Source: a virus (lineage: Duplodnaviria > Caudoviricetes). Taken from it: 32,456 nucleotides of DNA. The notes under the pieces are model-generated. The model saw only the letters and a list, made by a program, of their open reading frames with translations, was not told where the DNA came from and did not search any database. The number at the start of each line of letters is the position of its first letter. Within the stretch, counting starts at the first letter, position 1. The stretch is taken from positions 1 to 32,456 of the IMG/VR virus record IMGVR_UViG_3300006639_000017; one strand, given 5' to 3'. This document shows, one piece after another, positions 14,784 to 25,000 of the stretch. The translations under genes were made by a program, and so were the position numbers.

Positions 14784-16349
14784 GTGCAGATAGTTGATAA
14801 CAAAGCAATCGTTTTACGAACACGTAGTCCCTCCAAGTACAGCGTCATACCCCGCAGCAAAGTAGTACGAGAAGTTTCCCCCGGTCTGCACGAAGTAGCA
14901 ATTTACTTCGGGCTGGACGAAGCGCGGGTGCTGCGCAATCTAGGTGTTAGGGATGTGCCGTCGCCCATCACAGTGCGCTACAACTGGCCGGGGAGGTATA
15001 AACCGTTTGAGCACCAGAAGGATACGGCGTCATTCCTCACGCTGTACCGCCGCGCGTTTGTGTTCAGCGAACCCGGTACTGGTAAGACGTTATCAGCACT
15101 GTGGGCGGCTGATTACTTGATGAAGCGCAAGGAGGTCAGGCGCGTGCTGATCCTGTGCCCGCTGTCGATCATGCAGAGTGCGTGGATGCGCGATATCGGC
15201 AACTCAGTCATACACCGCACCGCTGTCGTAGCCCACCACAGCAAGGCGTCGCGCAGGATAGAGATGGTGCAGAACGACTACGAGTTCGTCATCGTCAACT
15301 ACGACGGACTGAACCTCATCACAGACGAGATCAACGCTGACGGTAGGTTCGATCTAATCATTGTGGATGAGGCGAACCACTACAAGAACGTCAGCACGCA
15401 GCGCTGGAAGTCGCTCAACAAAATTCTCAAGCCGACGACGTTCCTGTGGATGATGACGGGTACCCCCGCTGCGCAGTCACCGCTCGACGCCTACGGGCTA
15501 GCCAAGTTGGTTAATCCGTCTGCTGTTCCAAAGTTCTATACAGCATGGCGGGACAAGGTGATGCAAAAGCTCACGCACTTTAAGTGGGGAGCGAAGGAGA
15601 CGGCGCATGCCGACGTATTCACCGCGCTACAACCAGCCATACGCTACACAAAAGCAGAGTGCCTTGATCTGCCGCCCGTCATCACAGTCACGCGTGAGGT
15701 AGCACTGACTGCGCAGCAGATGAAGTATTACAAGCTGCTCAAGGAGCGCATGCTAATCGACGCAGCAGGCGAGACGATTACAGCGGTTAACGCCGCAGCC
15801 GGTGTGAACAAGCTACTACAGATAAGCGCTGGTGCTGCGTACACCGACACTAAAGAAGTAGTGGAGTTCGACTGTGGCCCGCGCCTGTCTGTGCTCATGG
15901 AGGTGCTTAATGAAACGGATCGCAAGGTCATCGTGTTCGTGCCGTATCGCCATAGCATCGACACAATCAGCACTCATCTCACAACCAGCGGTGTCACAAA
16001 CGAGCAGATACACGGCGACATATCAGCAACAAAGCGCGGACAAATATTCAAACGGTTCCAAGAAACACCAGACCCTCGCGTACTCGTGATCCAGCCGCAG
16101 GCTGCAGCGCATGGCGTGACGCTAACCGCAGCCGACACGGTTGTGTTTTGGGGGCCAGTGATGTCCGTTGATACGTATCTACAGTGCTGCGCCCGCGCTG
16201 ACCGGGTTGGGCAGGATAGTACAAAGGTGTTGGTAGTACACATTCAAGGCAGCGAGATCGAGCGCAAGATGTTCAACAAGCTACAGGGCCGCGTCGAGGA
16301 GCACAGCCTGTTGGTAGATTTATACAAGGAGGAGCTTGACGTAAAGTAA
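14784..16349 (+). CDS. SNF2-family (SF2) helicase
   Basis: EPGTGKT, IIVDEA, MTGTP, HGVTLTAAD, QCCARADRVGQ. Confidence 0.93.
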   Translation: MQIVDNKAIVLRTRSPSKYSVIPRSKVVREVSPGLHEVAIYFGLDEARVLRNLGVRDVPSPITVRYNWPGRYKPFEHQKDTASFLTLYRRAFVFSEPGTGKTLSALWAADYLMKRKEVRRVLILCPLSIMQSAWMRDIGNSVIHRTAVVAHHSKASRRIEMVQNDYEFVIVNYDGLNLITDEINADGRFDLIIVDEANHYKNVSTQRWKSLNKILKPTTFLWMMTGTPAAQSPLDAYGLAKLVNPSAVPKFYTAWRDKVMQKLTHFKWGAKETAHADVFTALQPAIRYTKAECLDLPPVITVTREVALTAQQMKYYKLLKERMLIDAAGETITAVNAAAGVNKLLQISAGAAYTDTKEVVEFDCGPRLSVLMEVLNETDRKVIVFVPYRHSIDTISTHLTTSGVTNEQIHGDISATKRGQIFKRFQETPDPRVLVIQPQAAAHGVTLTAADTVVFWGPVMSVDTYLQCCARADRVGQDSTKVLVVHIQGSEIERKMFNKLQGRVEEHSLLVDLYKEELDVK

Positions 16350-16364
16350 AAAGATTGACATACT
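16336..16364 (+). promoter_or_regulatory. Possible sigma70 promoter upstream of 16401
   Basis: TTGACG, 17 bp spacer, CATACT with extended TGn. Confidence 0.45.
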
Positions 16365-16400
16365 GGTTTTCGCAGCACCAACAACAAGAGAGGTAACACA

Positions 16401-16808
16401 GTGGACGAACCGACGATTCCGCTTGAGCGGTTGGCGAAGATTTACGTAAAGATTCGCACGGCCATTCAAGAGATCAACAAAGAGTACGAGGGCAAGATCG
16501 AAGAGTTGAAGTCTCAGCAAGAACTTGTCTCTAACGCCATGAAGGATCAGATGATGGCGCAGGGGATGAAGACTGCTAGGACTAACGGCGGCACGATCAT
16601 CCTCGGTCAGAAGCAGCGCTTCTTCACGCAGGACTGGGACGCGTTCAAAAGCTTTGTCGTTGAGCATGACGCCCTTGACCTGTTTGAGAAGCGCATCCAT
16701 CAAACAAACATGCAGCAATTTCTTGAGTCAAACCCTGCCTTAGTGCCGCCCGGTCTTAACGCTGAGACTGAGTACACCGTGTCCGTACGCAAACCTACTG
16801 CCAATTAA
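16401..16808 (+). CDS. Conserved phage replication-module protein (coiled-coil N-terminus)
   Basis: 135 aa, GAGG SD; DWDAF..FV......DLFEKRI...PPGLN motif. Confidence 0.8.
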   Translation: MDEPTIPLERLAKIYVKIRTAIQEINKEYEGKIEELKSQQELVSNAMKDQMMAQGMKTARTNGGTIILGQKQRFFTQDWDAFKSFVVEHDALDLFEKRIHQTNMQQFLESNPALVPPGLNAETEYTVSVRKPTAN

Positions 16809-16818
16809 GGAGCTATCC

Positions 16819-17721
16819 ATGGCTAACGAACTCACATTCAACCCCGCACAAGTCCCCGCCTTCGCTCGCAGCGCGCAGTCGGCTATCTCCAAAGCTCTTG
16901 CTGGCAACGCTGGCAACAGCACCAAGCGCATTAGCATCGAGGGCGGCGTTTTCCGCTTGATCGCATCTGGCAAAGAAGTCGCTGCGATCCCTGATCGGCA
17001 TCTCGATGTTGTCATCGTCGCAGCAGCGCCCGGTGTCGGTCGTACGTTCTACGCAGGCACCTACGTTAAAGGGCAGGCAAGCGGTCCGGATTGCTGGTCT
17101 GCGGACGGTGAGCGGCCCGATGCGTCCATCACTAGCCCGCAGTCTGATCGCTGCGTTAACTGCGACAAGAACGCTAAGGGTTCGGGGCAGGGCGACTCGC
17201 GTGCTTGCCGTTTCAGTCAGCGCTTGGCTGTGGTGCTGGCGAACGATGTCAAGGGCGACGTTCTGCAGATCACTGCGCCCGCTACGTCGATCTTCGGCAA
17301 AGAAGAAGGCGGCAACCGTCCGCTGCAGGCGTACGCTCGCTGGCTCGGCGCTCAGTCAATTGCGCCCGAGGCGCTGGTCACCCGCATGAAGTTCGACCTG
17401 AAGGCCACTGCGCCCAAGTTGCACTTTGAAGCATCCCGCTGGCTTACGGATGACGAGTACGCAGTGTGCCAAGAGAAGGGACAGTCCGACGCAGCCAAGC
17501 AGGCGATCACCATGTCGTTTGCGCAGACTGATAAAGTAGCAGCCCCCGCGCCGTTGGCGCTCCCCGGCAAGCCGCCCAAAGCAGCGAAGGCAGAACCCGC
17601 TGCAGAGGAAGAAGCACCCGAGGAACCGACCAAGCGTAAGGAGGCAGCACCCGCTACTGCTCCTAAGAAGGCGGCGAACATTTCGTCTGTCATCGACAAC
17701 TGGGAAGCTGACGACGAGTAA
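16819..17721 (+). CDS. Putative ssDNA-binding / annealing protein
   Basis: 300 aa, AAGGAG SD; CWS.DG..P...C..C..N..GS......ACR motif, Ala/Pro/Glu linker and acidic C-terminus WEADDE; lies between helicase and primase. Confidence 0.65.
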   Translation: MANELTFNPAQVPAFARSAQSAISKALAGNAGNSTKRISIEGGVFRLIASGKEVAAIPDRHLDVVIVAAAPGVGRTFYAGTYVKGQASGPDCWSADGERPDASITSPQSDRCVNCDKNAKGSGQGDSRACRFSQRLAVVLANDVKGDVLQITAPATSIFGKEEGGNRPLQAYARWLGAQSIAPEALVTRMKFDLKATAPKLHFEASRWLTDDEYAVCQEKGQSDAAKQAITMSFAQTDKVAAPAPLALPGKPPKAAKAEPAAEEEAPEEPTKRKEAAPATAPKKAANISSVIDNWEADDE

Positions 17722-17739
17722 GCCTTCAACTCACAAAGG

Positions 17740-17763
17740 GCAGGGGCTTCGGCCCCTGTTTTT
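17740..17763 (+). terminator. Rho-independent terminator
   Basis: CAGGGGC-TTCG-GCCCCTG followed by TTTTT. Confidence 0.85.
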
Positions 17764-17767
17764 ATCT

Positions 17768-18046
17768 ATGCCTTATTCGCAAAAGATTCGTACCTCCATT
17801 GACCTAGCGCCTAAAACGATGGGCAGCAAGCTGGGCAAGTGGGCGGTAGTGTTGGACTTCTCGGTGTCACGCGTATCTATAGCAACTGGTGCTACGCGGC
17901 AGACTGTTTACAACTGGTTTTCCGGTGGAGAGGTAACGCCAGCTTATAGGGAGCGCGTACAGACGCTCATCGACCTTATGGCTAGTAGCTCTACCGCAGA
18001 TGAAGCATGGAGAAAAGTATGTCAGCACTTCAACCTCGTAGCTTGA
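17768..18046 (+). CDS. Cro/XRE-like HTH protein
   Basis: VSRVSIATGATRQTVYNWFSG. Confidence 0.78.
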   Translation: MPYSQKIRTSIDLAPKTMGSKLGKWAVVLDFSVSRVSIATGATRQTVYNWFSGGEVTPAYRERVQTLIDLMASSSTADEAWRKVCQHFNLVA

Positions 18047-18192
18047 CCGACGATGAACTTCTGCGTCATGCAGAAGATAAGTTGATAACAGCAGGACTAG
18101 ACAGGAACACATTCGGCCTTCCGCTGGAGTGGCAGGATGAGATCGTCAAACGCCTGCGCAAACTGCTCGACCTTGCCGATGACATGAAATAA
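18019..18192 (+). CDS. Hypothetical protein
   Basis: GGAG SD; QPRSLTDDELLR motif. Confidence 0.6.
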   Translation: MSALQPRSLTDDELLRHAEDKLITAGLDRNTFGLPLEWQDEIVKRLRKLLDLADDMK

Positions 18193-18207
18193 CACTGGAC
18201 AGACACG

Positions 18208-21096
18208 ATGAGCGCACGGGAGTTTCTGTCCGCCGTGCTGCCTTCTTCGGGCCATTACTGCACTTGTGAACTGACCAAGAAGAAAGAGCACGTATTCGTA
18301 CAATCTATTGAGGAGATACTGACAAACGTAGAACGATGGACTGCGAAGCAGTGCGATATTTACTTTGCGCTCGCTTCATTCAAAGAACCCGGCAAGCGTG
18401 AGGCAGCGAACGCGCAGTATCTGCGCTCGTTCTTCATGGACTTCGATGTGTCCGAAACCCCAACGGCTAAGAAGGTCGGCAAGGTTTATGAGTCACGCGA
18501 AGACGCACTGGCTTCGCTCGACACCTTTCTCACTGAGAGCGGGTTGGGTGATCTTGGTAAGCCGTGGGTAGTATCGTCAGGCGGCGGGTTCCACGTGTAC
18601 TGGCCGCTGGATGCTGACGTACCGGTGGCGATGTGGAAGCCTGCAGCAGAAGCGCTCAAGCGGCTGGCCCACAAGCACAAGATGGCGATTGACTACTCCG
18701 TGCCTGCTGACGCAGCGCGGGTGCTGCGCATCCCCGGCACAAGCAACTACAAGTTCACGCCGCCCGCGACCGTCACGCTGATGACTGAGGGGGATCGTTT
18801 CTCCTTTGAGGACATCAAGACGCTCATCAGCAGCAAGCTGGGAAGCGTGGAGTCCTACGCCCCGGCACCAGTCAACATCCCCGGCAAGCGCCCGACTAGC
18901 ATGTCCCCGGCAAGCGTCAAGCTGATTGAGAACAGCGAGACGCGGTTCAAGGACATACTGGTCAAGACTAAGAATGGCGTGGGCTGCGGGCAGTTGCAGC
19001 ACTACGTGGACAACGCCGCTGAAGAAGGGATGGAGCCGCTGTGGCGTGGCTGGCTGTCGATTGCGCAAAAGTGCAGCGACGGTACGAAAGCTGCGAAGTG
19101 GCTGAGCGATCTGCACCCGTACGCTGAAGAGCGTATGCACAGAAAGCTGTCGGAGATCAAAGGTCCGTACCCGTGCGTTAAATTCGACTCTGAGAATCCC
19201 GGCGTGTGCGAGTCCTGTCCTCACTGGGGCAAGATCACCAACCCGCTGATGCTGGGGCGTGTGATCCTCACCGACAACACGGCGAAGGAAGTGCCGATTG
19301 TTGAAGCAGTCGTAGCGCCGCCTCCGGTGGCAGCGCCTACCTTGATGCGCCCGACACCTCCGCGCGGGTTCAGCTACGGTAAGAACGGCGGCATATTTAA
19401 GGATGTCGAGAAGCAAGATGAGAACAAGCAGAACGTAACCGTGCAGGTGCTGGTGCTGCCGTATGATTTGTTTGTTGTTGATATCCTGCAGAACCCCAGC
19501 GGCGAGCACGTAGTACACATGGTGGCGCAGCGTCCGACCGGGACAGTGCAAGTGACCATACCGCAGCGCGCGGTAGTGTCGAAGGACGATACCTGCAAGA
19601 CACTGGCTGAGCAGAACATCGTTGCGGCAATCGGCGCAGGCAACGACGCCAACTTATTTGCGTACGTGCGTGCTTGCGTGGAGGAAGCGTCTGTCAACAG
19701 GCAGGCTATTAAGGTGCCATCGAGCTACGGCTGGCAACCGGACAGCACGTTCGTGCATAACGAACGTATATACGCGCCCAGTATGCCCGCGCGTCGCGTG
19801 CCGATGGTAGAACTCAGCAACATCAACAAGAGCACGCAGCCAGAAGGTTCGCTCGATGCTTGGCGTGCGTTTAACAGACTGCTAATAAAGCGGGGGATGC
19901 ACGACATTCTGGCTATGGGTATGGTGGGTTTCGGTTCCCCACTGATGCGCTTTACCGGGTTCTACGGTATGACGTTTCATATCGGTAGTACGGAGTCCGG
20001 TACGGGCAAATCGCTCGCGCTCGATCTTGCAGCTAGCGTATGGGGTCACCCAGTGCATTACCGTGTTGGTAAGAAGACCAGCGACGTAGCCATGCAGCAA
20101 CGCCTTGGCATGCTAAACAGCCTCCCACTTATCTGCGACGAAATTACTGACAAGAACCGAAAAGATTTCGAGTGGTTTCCGTCCTTCCTGTTTGATATGA
20201 CAGAAGGGCGCGGTAAAGAGCGCATGGAATCGGGGGCTAACAAGGAACGGCTCAACCTGTCTATATGGCAGGCGCTGTGCCTGATGTCATCTAACACGCA
20301 CACCGTTGACTACCTGACCGGTGCGCGCAAACACTCGTCAGAAGGCGAGCTTCGGCGTTTGCTTGAGATGCAGATGACTGTCGAGCTTCAGTGGGAGCCG
20401 CACGAGATAGACATTATTAAATCGCTTCACTCCAACTACGGTGTGGCCGGTCCGGTCTATGCGCAGTTCTTGGTGGATAACGAAGAAGTAGTACGCGAAG
20501 TAGTCGAGGCTACGCAGAAGTGGCTGTACAAGGAGTACAAGGCTACGAACGATGAGCGGTTCTGGCTCGCTGGCGCTACTTGCCTAGTGGCTGGTGCGAT
20601 TCTGTGTGGCAAGCAGTACGCCAACATCATGGACTACCCGGTCCGCGCTATCGTTGATGTTATCGGTAAGCTCATTGAGGATGCACGGCGTAATGTTCGG
20701 TCGAATGTTCGCAGCGCAGAAGATATACTCAATGCGTTTACGCGTGATAACTACGGTAAGTTTGTGGTGGTTCGCGCGATCAACGGATCTCTGGCAGCAA
20801 CGATTGGCGATAATGGCGTTGTTGATGAGAGCATTACCCGCAGTCAGATATTCGGGCGTGTGGAGCATGGGATACAGCCGGGGTATTTGGTGTATGTCAT
20901 TGAGGAGCAGTTACTCAAGGCACACTGCTCAGCCATGAGCTTTGGCTATGCCGATTTCCGTACGCAGGTTGGGAAGTTGTACAAGGTTGCGTATGGCAAA
21001 CGGGATCTGATGGCTAAAACAAAAGGCCCGCAGATGCGCGTCAACTGTATCGCTATTACTCGGGTGATCGAGGATGAAACGCCCGACCAGAGTTAA
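18208..21096 (+). CDS. Primase-helicase (AEP-like primase + Cys-rich domain + DUF927-like/P-loop helicase)
   Basis: FMDFD, SSGGGFHVYW, ARVLRIPGT primase motifs; Cys cluster PCVKF..CESCPH; YGWQ; STESGTGKS Walker A, LICDE Walker B. Confidence 0.9.
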   Translation: MSAREFLSAVLPSSGHYCTCELTKKKEHVFVQSIEEILTNVERWTAKQCDIYFALASFKEPGKREAANAQYLRSFFMDFDVSETPTAKKVGKVYESREDALASLDTFLTESGLGDLGKPWVVSSGGGFHVYWPLDADVPVAMWKPAAEALKRLAHKHKMAIDYSVPADAARVLRIPGTSNYKFTPPATVTLMTEGDRFSFEDIKTLISSKLGSVESYAPAPVNIPGKRPTSMSPASVKLIENSETRFKDILVKTKNGVGCGQLQHYVDNAAEEGMEPLWRGWLSIAQKCSDGTKAAKWLSDLHPYAEERMHRKLSEIKGPYPCVKFDSENPGVCESCPHWGKITNPLMLGRVILTDNTAKEVPIVEAVVAPPPVAAPTLMRPTPPRGFSYGKNGGIFKDVEKQDENKQNVTVQVLVLPYDLFVVDILQNPSGEHVVHMVAQRPTGTVQVTIPQRAVVSKDDTCKTLAEQNIVAAIGAGNDANLFAYVRACVEEASVNRQAIKVPSSYGWQPDSTFVHNERIYAPSMPARRVPMVELSNINKSTQPEGSLDAWRAFNRLLIKRGMHDILAMGMVGFGSPLMRFTGFYGMTFHIGSTESGTGKSLALDLAASVWGHPVHYRVGKKTSDVAMQQRLGMLNSLPLICDEITDKNRKDFEWFPSFLFDMTEGRGKERMESGANKERLNLSIWQALCLMSSNTHTVDYLTGARKHSSEGELRRLLEMQMTVELQWEPHEIDIIKSLHSNYGVAGPVYAQFLVDNEEVVREVVEATQKWLYKEYKATNDERFWLAGATCLVAGAILCGKQYANIMDYPVRAIVDVIGKLIEDARRNVRSNVRSAEDILNAFTRDNYGKFVVVRAINGSLAATIGDNGVVDESITRSQIFGRVEHGIQPGYLVYVIEEQLLKAHCSAMSFGYADFRTQVGKLYKVAYGKRDLMAKTKGPQMRVNCIAITRVIEDETPDQS

Positions 21097-21292
21097 GTAT
21101 CCTTGGGAAGGGATCAAGCGCGGGCAGTGGTTCTTTGTACCCGCGCTTGATCTTGAAGCTACCCGTGAACTGGGACTGCGCTACGCCATACTGCACAGGG
21201 CGCGTGCTAAGGCACACCCCGGTATATTAAATGGTCGTCTTGGCGTTTTGTTTGTTTGCTCCGGGCCACCGCTCGGTGAAAAGATTAGGTAG
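21074..21292 (+). CDS. Small conserved phage protein
   Basis: KYPW.....GQWFFVP motif; GAGG SD. Confidence 0.65.
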   Translation: MKRPTRVKYPWEGIKRGQWFFVPALDLEATRELGLRYAILHRARAKAHPGILNGRLGVLFVCSGPPLGEKIR

Positions 21293-21297
21293 CTAAC

Positions 21298-21813
21298 ATG
21301 CGCTCAAATGGCGGTAAGCTCCGCGCCGCTAAGGTAATCAGTAAGCAGGAAGCGGTAGCAGCAGGACTATCGTATTACTTCACGGGCATCCCGTGCAGGA
21401 AAGGACACATAGCCGCTAGGCATGTAAGAAACCGAGCCTGTAGAACGTGCAGGCAGGAATGGCATGCCGATCACCCCGATGTACACCGAAAGGTCGCTAG
21501 GGATTGGAAGAAGAATAATGCCGGGAAGGCGCTTGCAATAAACGCCCGTAGGCGAGCAGAAAAGAAAAAGCGCACCCCGCCTTGGCTGACCAAAGAGCAT
21601 ATACACGCAATGACTGCGCTATATAATCAAGCGGCTTGGCTTACGAGGATCACCGGGGTGCCGTGGCATGTTGACCACATCGTCCCCCTTAGCGGCAAGA
21701 ACGTATCCGGCCTGCATATACCCAACAACCTTCAAGTTATCCCAGCACGGGAGAACCTAAAGAAGGGTAATAAGCTAGCTAGCCTCAAACAGACCGCTAG
21801 ACTTAAGAAGTGA
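21298..21813 (+). CDS. HNH endonuclease (free-standing)
   Basis: YFTG.PC..GH...R......C..C N-terminus; HVDHIVPL.GK.VSGLH...NLQVI...ENL.KGN. Confidence 0.88.
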   Translation: MRSNGGKLRAAKVISKQEAVAAGLSYYFTGIPCRKGHIAARHVRNRACRTCRQEWHADHPDVHRKVARDWKKNNAGKALAINARRRAEKKKRTPPWLTKEHIHAMTALYNQAAWLTRITGVPWHVDHIVPLSGKNVSGLHIPNNLQVIPARENLKKGNKLASLKQTARLKK

Positions 21814-22077
21814 GATGGTCTTAACCATCGAGGCAGGGATCTCAGTGACATGGGCATGCGCCCCGTCCGTCAGCGTTGTTACTAGCTGAACCCACTCATC
21901 ATCTTGATGGACAAGGAACCCAATACTTGCACATAGGTGCAGCCCCTTCTTTTTAGGCGGGGCGGGCTTGTCTCCATCTTGCCAGTGCGAAGTTGTACTA
22001 AACGCGGCGTCCACCCAAGTAACGATTACCATCGGGATGTCTTTGCTTTTTCGCTTGGTAACCATAGTCAGGCTCAT
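21775..22077 (-). CDS. Conserved hypothetical phage protein
   Basis: VIVTWVDA...C.SIGFLV...IPASMV; ATGA coupling to the large virion gene. Confidence 0.75.
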   Translation of the reverse strand: MSLTMVTKRKSKDIPMVIVTWVDAAFSTTSHWQDGDKPAPPKKKGLHLCASIGFLVHQDDEWVQLVTTLTDGAHAHVTEIPASMVKTISLLKSSGLFEAS

Positions 22078-25000
22078 TGCGCCGCAAAACGAGATTCTAC
22101 TTGCCGGTTTACTGCCACAGTTTGACGGGCCAGTGCAAGTTCTATCTGCCGCAACCGGTCAAGCGTCTCGCGTTTCTGCTCCGAACTCATGTTAGGCGCT
22201 GCGCGGACGGCGGCTTCGGCAGCGTTAATTTCCCCAATATTCTGGCGCAGGCTCCCCGCCATGGACGCTATTGCAATTTGCCCAACGTACTGCGTCAGGA
22301 AAGCGCGCGCTCTGGCGGGATCAGCTTCTGCCAGCGCTTTGAACGTAGCCATCGCTTGCTCGTTAGCCTTAGCTTCTTGGAACGCTAGCTGCAAAATGCC
22401 GCCTGCGTCTTTAGGCTGGAACAGCCCGCCGATGATCGGGTAGTCGCTAACACGCGCAGTCGGCTGCGGCACCGCTGTGCCACCAAAAACAAAGTCAGGC
22501 AAGCGCAGCAAGCTGATGCCCAACGTAGCGAAGTAGCCATTGACGAGGTGGTCAACCTGTTTGGGCGACACGCCAACCGTCTCACCAAGGAACTTGGCAA
22601 GGCTAGAAGTTCTTTCATCAAACTGCATCTCGGGGGTCATACGCGCTAGCTTGTCGCTGACAATCGGCTGGCCCGTAAAGATGCTCTTGTTGAGCGCCAC
22701 CTCAAGCGCTGGCTTGATAGCCTGCGGCAAGTAATAAGACGACAGCCCCGGCACCGAGTTAGCGGCAAGGCTCTTCAAACCAGCAACAGCTTGCTTGGAC
22801 TTGGGGTCGTCCTTAGACATATGGTACAGAGCTTCGGGCAGCGCCTTGAACGCGAACCCGATTTCAAACGGGATCGGCACGCGAAGCGGCTCGGCAATAC
22901 CCGGCAGACGGACGAACCAATTACCGTAGCGCTGTTGCGGGGTGGCGTTCTCGTACGCCTCATCGTCGCCCATCATCCCGGCGTAGGCTATCGTCATGCC
23001 AGCCATAACAAACCCGCGCGTAATCAGCTTTTGCTTGACGCGCAGCTTCTCCTGCATAGTGGCTTTGCCAGTCAGCGCCTTGTACAGAACATCAAGGCCG
23101 ACGATCTGTGCGTTGAAGAACGGGATCAGCGTGTTCAGCATGTACATGCTGGGCGATACGCCGCGCTTGCTAAAGTTCATCGACTCAAGCGTAGCAAGGG
23201 TAGCCTCGCGCTCACTCAGACCTTGTTTCAGGAACGAGTTGTACATATTGACGCGGGTCGCCGCGTCGCCAGCCATAGCAACTGAATCCAGCTTCGCCAT
23301 GGCGTAGGACCAGCCCTTCTTGCCGCTGGCAATCTGCTGCATGATCTTCTGCATATCGTCTGGCATGCCAGAGATAACCTGCCCGCCGATCACACCGCGA
23401 CTCTGAAGGACGTTTGCGCTGGTGCTCTTTCCGCTGGCGATCTTGCTCATCTCGCCAAGCGCAGACACAACAGGCTTATAGTCAGCGCCAGAAGTAAACA
23501 ACCCGGTCAGTGAATCGCGTACAACCTGCCGCACCGCATAGCGCGGGTCGCGCGTCACGAACTTGCGCAGAATGTTAGACGGGATGCCAAGCAGCCTGAG
23601 TCCGGCAGGGAACGTAGTGACAATACCTTCCATCCCCTTAACAACAAGCTCGGGCGGGATGTCACCAAACAGTTCTTCCATGGCGGCGGTATCGACGCGC
23701 CACGATTGTTCTTCGCCGTCAACCTTGGCGCTGATGATGTCTTTGCCTTTTACGCCGGAACCGACCCGCACAGCGATACCAAGGTCTTTAAGCGTGAACG
23801 CCACATTGCGCGTGGCAAGGTTGCGCAACGACAGATCCGTCAGCATCGCCGTGTTCTGCAAAGACGATGTGAAGAAGTCGAGCACAGCCTCATCGCCACC
23901 CACAAGGCTTTGAAGATCAGGCTGCTCTTTGATGCTGCCAATCCGAATCGGCGTCTCACCGCCAATGTACAACCCAACGATGCCGTCTTTGCCGACACGG
24001 TAGTAAGGAACGTAGTCGCCCTTCGTGTACGCCGCAGCCACCTGCTTGCTGATAGCGCCGGTCTGAACAGCAAAGTCAATCAGTCCGTTATTGTACTCAC
24101 GGTAAATACCGCGCGCGGTCTGGAACGCTTCGTTGCCACGCCCAAACTCAAGCGCGGCCTTAAGCTCGGTTGGATCGAAGTCTTTGCTGTAGTTCAGCTT
24201 GTCGATCCCAACGCCGTCCTTACCCAGCGCACGCTCAGCCAACAGGTATTTGGTAAACAGAATGTTTGTAGCTTCTGGGTTTCCTACCTTGGCCTTGCTC
24301 AACGCTTCGGACACTTGCTTCAGACTAGCGCCGCGCTTGGACTCAACTATGACTTCGCCTTTGTCGTTCTTGACAAGTTGCAGCGTGCCATTGGTAGCCG
24401 ACTCAGCAACAAAGCTGTTGCGCTGATCGTGCATGCGGATGAAAAACGTCAGGTCCATCGCCTTGACGGGATCAAGTAGTCCTTCTGCAAGCCCGCGTCG
24501 AGCAATCTCTTCATGTACAGCAGCACGGTCAATGAACTGCGTACGGAACTCAAGACCGCGCACATTAGCTTTTACTCGCTCCCAGCCACGTTTCTTTTGG
24601 CTGACCAGCGTGCTGTCTTTAGCCGTCAGAATAGCCGGTACGTCACTGGCGTAGCGCGCACCTTGTCCAAGCCGGAAAGAAATAGCGCCATCGCTGTCAC
24701 GTGCTGCTAGCGGCTTACCCTCATTAAAGTTAGCGCGGGACTGGCGCATCAGGTAGTACAGGTCCGATGTCGTCATCTTAGACGCATCGACCAGCCCCAT
24801 CTTCTTAAGCGCAACGCGCAACGCGCCGACCATCTCCTTAATGAACGTTCCAGCCTTTTGCATCAGGCCAGCGTCTACACGAGCTTCCTCAGTGTAGGCA
24901 ACGATCTCTTTAAGAAGCTGCAAATCACCAGCGCGTTTGTCAGTTTGGCTAATGCCCGCCTGCGGGATGCCAAGCTTCTCAGCCATGTTGCGAACGTCAG

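Noticed and set aside
18577-19551. 324-aa antisense ORF and other long shadow ORFs (e.g. 23706-24479, 30582-31397)
   Set aside because: Fully antisense to well-supported genes; typical shadows of GC3-biased coding sequence with no motifs.
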